From positions 8,516,101 through 8,580,100 of the forward strand of contig NC_092677.1 of NCBI RefSeq assembly GCF_964355755.1: DNA of 64,000 bases, written 5' to 3'. The notes beneath the pieces are model-generated. The model was not told the DNA's origin. It saw only the letters and a list, made by a program, of their open reading frames with translations, and made no database searches. Of this stretch, positions 54,284 through 64,000 are shown one piece after another. How positions within the stretch are numbered: position 1 is the stretch's first letter; each line of letters begins with the position of its first letter. The position numbers and the translations under genes are program-made. Source of the stretch: Antedon mediterranea (lineage: Eukaryota > Animalia > Echinodermata).

Positions 54284-56301
54284 AGTAGGTATCCCAATGA
54301 AAGCGCACAGAGGGGTATCACTTTTGAAATATTGACGAAATTCGAAAAAGTAGTATGACTTTGATGTTAAATAAATCGTATTCAATCTTAATTAATACTT
54401 ACAAAATTTATATTGTTTGAAAGTACTATGTATAAGTGTGTTTAGAATTAAAATTAATGAATTAGTTGCCGAGAAAATGCGATTTTAAAACGGTTCTAAA
54501 ATCCTGGCGAGCCGATTTCCGCGCGTTGAAAACCTCATCGGAAAATCCCCATCAGTTTTCAAAACACGATCGCACGATTACCATTGAACCTAGCGGATTA
54601 ATTTTTGTTGTATGTTATCAGGCTTTAAATGAGCTTTAATTTGATACGAAAATCGTCTTCTATAAATAGGTTTTTCGTAACGAAAAGTCAATTTTTGTGA
54701 CAAAAATCCAATTTTGAATCACCGTTTATGGAAAAATATTATGGATTTTGGTATTAAATTATAGCTAAATCTACATTGAAATCGATAAAACATAGTTTAC
54801 AAACGTATTGTGCATGGTAATTGTGCGAACTACAATTTAAAATGGTGCATGAGGAGTAAATCCCATTCAGAATTTTAAAGATCCAACCATTATAATCCGG
54901 TGAATATTGTAGTGAGTAAAATATTGTACTCTAAAATACGCGCGTGTTTGTTGTGGTGTTTTCCGTTAAATACATTAATGCACCCTATCAGCGAATGGTA
55001 CGTTCCATATTTTGAACACGTTGTTTAGTTTTCCTCGCTCGAGAGTTCGGCCGGCTCGACGCGAGATGTGTGACAACAGCGATGTCGGAGATTGACATGT
55101 CCTTTTCCGTCGTAGAATATCTGTTTTTAGACATTAATTTAACAACTTAAAATTGGTGTAATGTGTGGAAGATTTATTATGCAAGTATACAATGCAAATG
55201 CGTTAGGTTGAAATGTACCAAAGAAATTTATTGAGCTAATTTACCAACGTTACATTTGACTCCGTATACGGCGGTCGAAAGTCATTAACTGCGACCGAAA
55301 TACTTTGACGGGAGCTACTGCTGATCGCGAGTAAGCCGTTACTTGGCCTAAACTTTAGCTCCGTATTTCAATTTAATAACGTACTTGCAGTTAGAAATGC
55401 GAAAAGAAACCATTTTTATAATGTTATATATACTATTCAGGTAAACAATTAATTTTGTTAATTACCATTGATTATTTTAAATGAGTTTATTTTGGCCTAT
55501 TGTGTGTTTGCCTAAGAACATATCTTAGCCCGGCTTAGATTTGGTGTCATAATCATACGGGCCTAAAATCTTGTTTTACGTATTCAAAAGTTATATATAA
55601 TAGTATTTATGATTGCAATTATGAATATAAAGTATATTAAAATAATATAATAATCATACTTACCAAAAATTAGTGTGAAAGAAAGGAAACAGTACACACA
55701 GTTTTTAACATACTTTTTCATTTTTTGTTGATAATTTTAAATTTCACCATTAAAAAAATATTTTTGTTTCATATTACACATATCTCTGAATTTCAACTAT
55801 ATTTATTAATGAAATATAAACTACATTCTAACAAGTACAAAAAAAAATTAAGTGAATTAGTACAGTATTTCAAAAGTTACAGATCATTGAAAAATTGCTG
55901 TTTTTTCATTTTTTAGGGAAATCCAGCAAAAATGAGTGCAAAATGCTTTCCGACCAAATTTGCGGGCCAATAATTCTAAAAATAGGTTTCGTTGAGGCTC
56001 CAAAAAAAATATAGTTGTACAACTCTGTGATATCTATAGGTTTAAAAAAATTCAAAACTTTTAACTGATTATTGTAAAAGTTACAACCTTGTAAAAATGC
56101 TTCCAATTTTAACTGCAAAAAACACCATTTTTATGCAAAAAATCTTATTTTTTTTACTACTTTAAATAACCATAACTTTAGAACGGGTAATCGGATTTTA
56201 ATCATTTAAATTGCACAATGCTAATTACATTAAGTTCTTTATGGTTAACTGAAAGAAAAAGTAAAAAAATTAATCTGAATTTTTTCATTGGGATACCTAC
56301 T
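54284..56301. mobile_element. 2-kb Kolobok-like non-autonomous TIR element
   Basis: TIR AGTAGGTATCCCAATGAAA / TTTCATTGGGATACCTACT flanked by TTTA and TTAA. No long ORF. Confidence 0.8.
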
Positions 56302-56682
56302 TTAAGTAAAAATTTGTTTGAATTGTGATTGCTAAAATGCTTTTCCAGGTAAAACTTATAATTTTTTTTTATATTTCTTTAAAGCTAAACTTGTTTAATT
56401 ACGTTTCTTCTTTTCTTTCAAGTTCAATCACTCATTATTTAATTTTAAGTTTTTTTTATCAACTCCTTGTTTTGAAACTTTCCGTGAATCAACTGAGCAC
56501 TCAATATTATATGACAAGGTCCAACCTGTATCACTCTCTTTGTATAGCTTTTTACAAACATTTTTTTTTACTTTTTAAACGGTAACTGTCAGTATATACA
56601 GAAATTGATTTCAGAGCAAAATTGATTCGGTAAATAGAAAATTCAGCTTCTGTAAATAGTTATTATTTGTTTTCTTTTTCAG

Positions 56683-59600
56683 ATGACACACACAACTCAG
56701 TCGCCAGATATGTTTGCGACAGCCATGGTCCAGCAGCCTGTCGATACCGCTGAGGCAGTAGCGACACAGCAGGCTACCACTGCAGCACCTCAACAAACCT
56801 CAAGCCAGGCCTCATCTGCTCCTGCTGGCATTATTGTTGATAGTCAAATGGAAAGTGATAAACGATCAGTTAAAAGGTAAAACACTCATCAATAAAAAAC
56901 AATATTTTAAAGTTAATTAATTCTATTTTTTGGGCGGGGGGTGTAAATTTACAAATGCTTGAAAGAATTTTACTAGTTTTATATGTTAATTGTTAATTCA
57001 AAACTAAAAAAAAACAAAAAACAAAAAAACAAACATTAAAAGATCCACTGTATGCACTGAATGAATATAAATTTAAAATGTAAACACCATGTCCTTGGCT
57101 GACCATAATTGAAGACATTATTCACCAGTTGGCAGTTGATATCAAGAAATTATTGTGTAAAGCAGCTCTTGTGCAGAAGTCTGTAGAACCAGTTGCTTGA
57201 TCATTCAGACAACTTCAAAAAAATGTTTGATTGTGGAATCCAGTACTTATTGACATCAAGATGTGATATTGTGTAAATAATAATTTATGTTGCAAGAATA
57301 TCTGTATGTGGCCTGCTGGTTTACTTTTGCAAGGATGCCTTTGTTTTTCTTGAAGTTGAATCATGGAGCTATAGCTCCATGGTTGAATAGTGAAGATTTT
57401 GTGACTCATCTTTCTGCAAAGTGTTTACTTTTACCAAGATTAATTAATTTCAAGATTAAGTTGAAATTTGTTAATTTGAAAAAAAAAAAGATAAATTTCA
57501 AGAGCGAGCTGTCCTGATTTATTGAAGATACTAAGTTACTTGGATTTTTTCAAGAAAATGCAACAAGTTTACTTGTGTTCTTTTTTTCAATGTTTATTGA
57601 AATTACATTGGGTCTACGTACTTCAATCAAGATACTTACAAGATTTAAATTGTTGTTAAATCCTTTAAAATCGTAAGTTCAGAATTATGTTGACGCACAA
57701 ATTATTCTACCAAAAAGTTACTTTCACTTACATTTTGTGCAGTTTATACCCAAATTATATGTACTCTCAGTTATTAAAAAACCTGTCTTCAAGTTCAAGA
57801 AACTATGCGGGTACGACACATACTTTGTTGCCACAATAAACATTTGAACTTTACTACAAAGAAGTTGAATTTGTTAAAACTATTTCATTTGTTGTTATTT
57901 AGAAGAATTAATTACTAACAAATTATTGTTAATATAACTATTTATGAATCAATTTAAAAATGTTGAATATGTTCAGTAAAAAAAACTATTTAATTATATT
58001 ACGGTAAGACAATAGCTCTAAAAACACCAGAGAACAACAAAAATTTGTTTAATACACACTTTGCAAACATTTATATTATCAAATAATTAATTATTTTATA
58101 ACTTACACTTACAGTATTTAAAATTTACATATTTCAATAACAAATTTCATTTAATTTACAAATTATACTAATTTGTGATTGAAACAAAATGATTACAATA
58201 CAACAGGGATATTTGCCAATTATTGTATTGTAGCCTTTTATGTAACCATGGAGGTTATTTTTTCCTCCATGATATAACCTATTTTTATTTAAGGGTTTTG
58301 ATATAAATGTATTGAACATTACGTGTTCAAAATTTATTTTAAATTTGATTAAAAATGTATTGTTACATACATGAATTTACTTCAAAAACTCCATTTTCAT
58401 TAAAATAAAGCATCAAATCCACTCCTATTAAATCGTTACCTAAAAATATATTATTTCCAACGTACTACAATCTGTACAGTAAATAAATATAAATTCAACG
58501 TTTAACTTATTCCGCTACACTAAAAAATGCATTTGGAATGTATTTTTTTACATTATACAGTATGTTAATTGTTAAAATATAGTAGTACAGTACTACTATA
58601 CTGTTTCCTTATTTTTATCCTAATAAGTATTTAGTAGTTCTAACTTGATTCTCAGAAAAAGCCATGGGTGAACCAGACAATGAACAAAGAATCTATTGTG
58701 TAAAACATGAACAACGAGAGGTGTTAAAAACGCCTTTTTTTCACAAAAACGTCTACTGGGAGTCTTATCTTATGAATCAATATTCTTATTCTTTTATTTG
58801 GCATATAAGTACAAATAACAAACAGCAAGACATGAACAAAACAAAACCCAGATATCTTCCCCCGGATAAACCCAAAAGTTTTATGATAATTTCTTATGTT
58901 CAAGGGTCAAAAGATATCTGTGAAATTTATGTTTTAATTAATCTTGAGCTTATTACAAATTAAAATCATAATACGTTTTTAATACTTGCAGTATGCTTGC
59001 TAAAATATAAATCATATTTAAGAGAACGTTGGATCCTAATGGTTTGTATTGCATGAAGCATGCCAGGGAATATTTTGTACAATTACCTTACAAATAAGTC
59101 ATTACTGATATTAATTAGTAATTTAAAACACATCACTACAACACACAAAACACATCCTTTTCTTCTTGTGTACTACTAACTAGTACATAAAAATAAAATA
59201 TGAATTAACAAGTTATTGCCATCTCTATTCATATAATCTAACAATTATTAGCCCTATTGGGTATTATTAAACCATATTGCCACAGTTTTCTGTACAGTTT
59301 AGTATGCCTAATATACTTAACTATGAAATACTGAATATAATAATAGATCTGTTACTGCAAAGAGGCTGTTTATATTGTTATTCTATGAAAGCATAGTTCC
59401 TTGTTCTTTTGAATTGCATGACTATTGAATAACATTCAATCTACATACAGTATTAAACATAAATATTATTCTATTTGTATGACAGTATCACTTTATAAAT
59501 GGTCTCTGAAACAACAAAGCGACTATCTAAATGATCAAAAGTGCCATTTATATTGCCCTCCTGCAAAAAAAATATATATATTTTTTTATTATGCAATTTA

Positions 59601-62600
59601 ATATCGCATAATAATAGTTAATCGCTTTGACCACAAACAAAAAATAAGCTATATTGATTTTTGGTTAAATTTAACCATTTATTTAGCTTTTTATAAGTGA
59701 AATAATAGTTTTCCTGTTTTTTGTTACAAAAGTAAATAATTTTAATATAAAAAATCAAATGCAAAATGGCATATTCAAAGTCTAATTTTATTAATCTTAA
59801 ATTTGTTATGTTTTTTTAGGGACAGTACATTTAGAAATTTGCAATTATTATATTATAAGTATTGTTAATTAGCAGCAAAATTATTTAATTTGTTTTTAAT
59901 TTGTGTTTTGCAGGCATCCATTATTCCCCTTGATGTCTTTGTTATTTGAGAAGTGTGAGCAGGCTACCCAGAGTCCTGACCCACCCACATCCGCCAGCTT
60001 TGATGTAGATATTGAAGAGTTTGTAAACAGACAAGAACAAGCCGGCCGAGCATTCTTCAGCGAAGATTCTGAGGTTGATAACCTGGTAAGTTGCTTCCTC
60101 CAGCTTTGGCCTAGGCTTTTGAGCCACTTGCACTCCAAAAACGCCCCCTTGAGGAGTGGTTTTGAACTTATACACACCAAGATACTTGTTAACACTGTGC
60201 AGTAGATCAATTATTCAAAATTGTCTCGTTTTAAACTTATGTATTCTAAAGTACTGTGTAATATAATGGAAGAACTAGACATGAACCCTTTTTGATGTTT
60301 TCTCTACAGTCTAATGTACACTAATTATTGTAGTTATAGTGTTATAATCCGTAGTAAATAGTGTCAAGTATGACACTTCAATAACCAATAGCTATGTAGC
60401 TAGAGTAGTGTAACATTTAACATTATCCAAAGCATTTCAGTTTGTTATTAAAAACATGATTTTTTTCAAATAGTGCTATTTTGTAAAATATAACAATTGT
60501 GCACAGATGTTGTCTTTAGTCTGGTGACCATAATGTCAGGGTTCTCACCACGCTAGTTAGCCCTGTCTGACACTCAGACTTGCACTCAGAATTTATGAGT
60601 GGCACTCCTAATATTGCATTGTAATATTACCCTTGAATTTGTTCCATTAAGTAAGTAAACGTTATATTAATACCACATCATCTTTAACATTTTACATGTT
60701 GTCATGAGCAGCATATTATAGATTGTTTTAGAGTTTTTGTATTTCTGTTAATATTATTTGTATTGAATTTGATTGTTTTTAATTTAGATGGTAAAAGCAA
60801 TTCAGGTTTTACGGATTCACTTATTGGAATTAGAAAAGGTTAACGAACTGTGTAAAGATTTCTGTCATCGGTACATCACATGTTTAAAAGGAAAGATGGC
60901 CAGTGACAACCTACTAAGGTCGGAAAACTCACCTAATTTTCTAAACGATTCTGATAGAGATATGTTGTCATCACCACCAGCTGGAAGCCAAAATCAAGTA
61001 TGTATTTTGTTTCTTTTACTAATACATCTCTGCAACTCTTATATATATCCTGTGTAATGTTAATTTTCTGTTACATATTCCTATTATATGATTGAAAAAA
61101 GTTTGATAGAAGTTTCCATAAGAACAATACAATCTGAATTTATGTAACCATATGTGTTGGTTTATTCAGAGATGATGTAGCGATAGGTTTAAAGGGTAAA
61201 TTTAAATATAATATTATTTTCTGTTGTTACATATTCCTATTAATTTGTATGATTGAGAAAAGCCGGATAGAAGTTTCCATAAGAACAATAAAATCTGAAT
61301 TTATGTAACCATATGTGTTGGTTTATTCAGAGATGATGTAGCGATAGGTTTAAAGGGTAAATTTAAATATAATATTATTTTCTGTTACATATTCCTATTA
61401 ATTTGTATGATTGAGAAAAGCCGGATAGAAGTTTCCATAAGAACAATAAAATCTAAATCTGAATTTATGTAACCATATGTGTTGGTTTATTCAGAGATGA
61501 TGTAGCGATAGCTTTAAAGGGTAAATTTAAATATAATATTATTTCCTGTTACATATTCCTATTAATTTGTATGATTGAGAAAAGACGGATAGAAGTTTCC
61601 ATAAGAACAATAAAATCTAAATCTGAATTTATGTAACCATATGTGTTGGTTTATTCAGAGATGATGTAGCGATAGGTTTAAAGGGTAAATTTAAATATAA
61701 TATTATTTTCTGTTTTATATTCCTATTAATTTGTATGATTGAGAAAAGACTGATAGAAGTTTCCATAAGAACAATAAAATCTAAATCTGAATTTATGTAA
61801 CCATATGGGTGAGTTTATTCAGAGATGATGTAGCGATAGCTTTAAAGGGTAAATTGAAATTGCAGATAAAAACTTTTATAATATATTCTGTCTTAAAAAT
61901 ATTATTTATTTTTTCTGAAGGGTCCATCGTCACAGCATCTTTTACCACACCACCAGCAGCAACAACAGCAGCAACAACAACAGCAGCCATTATTTACCAA
62001 TGGCCCAAGCAACAGTGGGGCTATAATACTACAACAACCCACACAGACATCTCATCAACAGGTAAGATCAATGTCTTCATTCCCCCTTGAATGGAGTTAA
62101 TATGGCGCTAGGTATATTAGATTTCACTTAAGTGTATTTAAGAATTTTTATTAAGTGGTATTCACCTAGATAAAAAAATGTAAGACTTTTAAGGGGGTTT
62201 TACTTAAACATGAATAGTAAACATGGACACTGTTGTCTCTATACTGTTCAGTCATGCATTTATTTATTTATTTTAAATTATTTTTCATAAAAGTATAGTA
62301 TTGTTGGTTGGAATTCTTAGTAAATCTATTCATAATATGGTAACATAATAAGTTGAAACGGCTGGTGATAGATTTTCAATCACAAAAAGGAAAACAGGGA
62401 CAGATTAAGTTTAATGTCTTCAAATTCTTGCAACTTGGGGATCACATGACTAGAGAGTACACCACTTATTTCTATTTTTGTTATTGCAAGCTGTTGTAAC
62501 AAATTACATATGGTTACTATTCCATGTTTTCTTTCTAACTCTCCTATAGGTTCAACAGCCACAAGTTCAAGCACTTCTCAACCATGCAGGTCAGGTCGTT

Positions 62601-63950
62601 TACACTCCAGTGATTCCACAGGGAGTAATGACATCACAAGGAATAGTGACACAGGCTCTTCCAGGAACTGTACAAATACAAGCCACCCAACCACAAGCCT
62701 TGAACCAACACCAACCAATTGTACCAATCATCCATGGCTCAACGCCAATCTCGCAAATTGGAATTCCTCCAACCGGAATCCAACAAGGAATGAACCAAAT
62801 ACCAATATCACAAGCGAATCAAATGGCGTTAGGGCTGACGGATCCGTACGACGATATTATGAACCGTAAGAAAAATAAACGAGGAGTATTACCGAAACAT
62901 GCAACTAATGTCATGAGGTCATGGCTTTTCCAACACATAGTAGTAAGTATAGACAAATAAGTTTAAGTATTTTTAAATTTGTATAGTGCCCTCTCTTGTA
63001 AATTCTCCGTATATTTATCACTTTTCTGAAATGCGACCTCAATTTATAAAACTCTAGTATATAGAAAATGTATAACTAGTTAAAACTCATACAATGATCC
63101 CATGTATCAAAAGGTGTACACATCGTTAAATAAAGTAAATGACCTCTGGCCAGCTATAGAATTTAAACCAAACATTGTGCCACATCACGCTTAATGATAC
63201 AAAGTTGAGTACACATTAATACACAAGCCACACAGCAAATTAAAGGTTTGTTTATTAACAATCCATGTTCATTTACACAGGTCAAGGAACTGCACTTATA
63301 TTCTGTGTTTTATTAATGCCTGCATTATCTTTGAACCATGTTCATTAATATTTGGTACATCAAAGTTTATTGGTTTAATTTTGAATGTTGAGGTCAAGTG
63401 TCATACTGTGACAATATGAGTGTTGTAACATTGTTTTTATTGAAATATTTAATTATAATACATTTTTTTTTGTGTTTCAGCATCCTTATCCAACAGAAGA
63501 TGAAAAAAGGCAAATAGCACAACAAACAAATTTAACATTACTTCAAGTTAACAATTGGTAAGAACAGATTTTTATCTTTTTAATTTCCCCTAAAAATAAG
63601 TTTTTTGTTTCTGCAGTTACGTATGAGTACCGTTTTAATGTAGAAGTTTATGTTTATTAATTTTCTGCGATTATGTTTTTCATACGTAGTTTGTGTTTAG
63701 TACAAGTTTAGACCTTTCTTAATAGGAATATAACTAATACTTATCTTACATTTTATTGTTTTCAGGTTCATTAATGCAAGGCGGAGAATATTACAACCAA
63801 TGTTAGACGCTAGTAACCCAGAAGCAGCTAAAGTTAAGAAGAATAAAACACAAAGTCGTCCATCTAGTCAAAGATTCTGGCCCGAGTCATTAGCGAACTT
63901 CGGACAGGTGCGAGTAGGCTCAGAAGCACAGCAAACCAACACAACGAGTA
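56683..63950 (+). CDS. PKNOX: PKNOX/Prep TALE-class homeobox protein, 3' end outside the window
   Basis: Exons 56683-56876, 59914-60085, 60788-60997, 61921-62061, 62550-62942, 63481-63557, 63766-63950. MEINOX domain [18 protein letters not shown] / [34 protein letters not shown], homeodomain [35 protein letters not shown]...[13 protein letters not shown], then QRFWPES. Confidence 0.97.
61063..61858. repeat. About 164-bp tandem repeat, 5 copies, in a PKNOX intron
   Basis: GATGATGTAGCGATAG recurs at 61171, 61332, 61496, 61660 and 61824. Confidence 0.95.
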
Positions 63951-64000
63951 GTGAGTATTTTTGCCTCAATTAAGCCCTCCAAATCAAATTAGCAAAGTCT

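Overview
AT-rich, intron-containing animal genomic DNA. Gene content and repeats suggest a marine invertebrate deuterostome such as an echinoderm, which is inference only. Protein genes in order: a probable non-coding first exon of a minus-strand gene leaving the window on the left; an intronless, motif-degenerate class A GPCR; RSPH1 (8 coding exons); a 17-exon GABA-B-receptor-like class C GPCR; TMEM218 (minus strand); and PKNOX/Prep (TALE homeobox, runs off the right end). Two tRNA-Cys(GCA) copies and one intronic tRNA-like cloverleaf with an ATC anticodon are present. Non-coding DNA holds many non-autonomous DNA transposons (Harbinger-like MITEs with TTA/TAA TSDs, a MULE-like element with a 9-bp TSD, piggyBac-like, Kolobok-like and a 3-kb foldback), L2 LINE tails and several minisatellites. 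The most notable observations are: (1) at least seven 18-32 bp CA...TG micro-hairpins, each flanked by a 7-bp direct repeat, resembling P/Galileo-type excision footprints; (2) RSPH1-TMEM218-PKNOX linkage that joins two human paralogons; (3) an apparently perfect 229-bp duplication of a splice acceptor plus partial exon; (4) TAGGCCTA-type palindrome clusters at gene 5' ends. Exon boundaries were read by eye and no database search was run.
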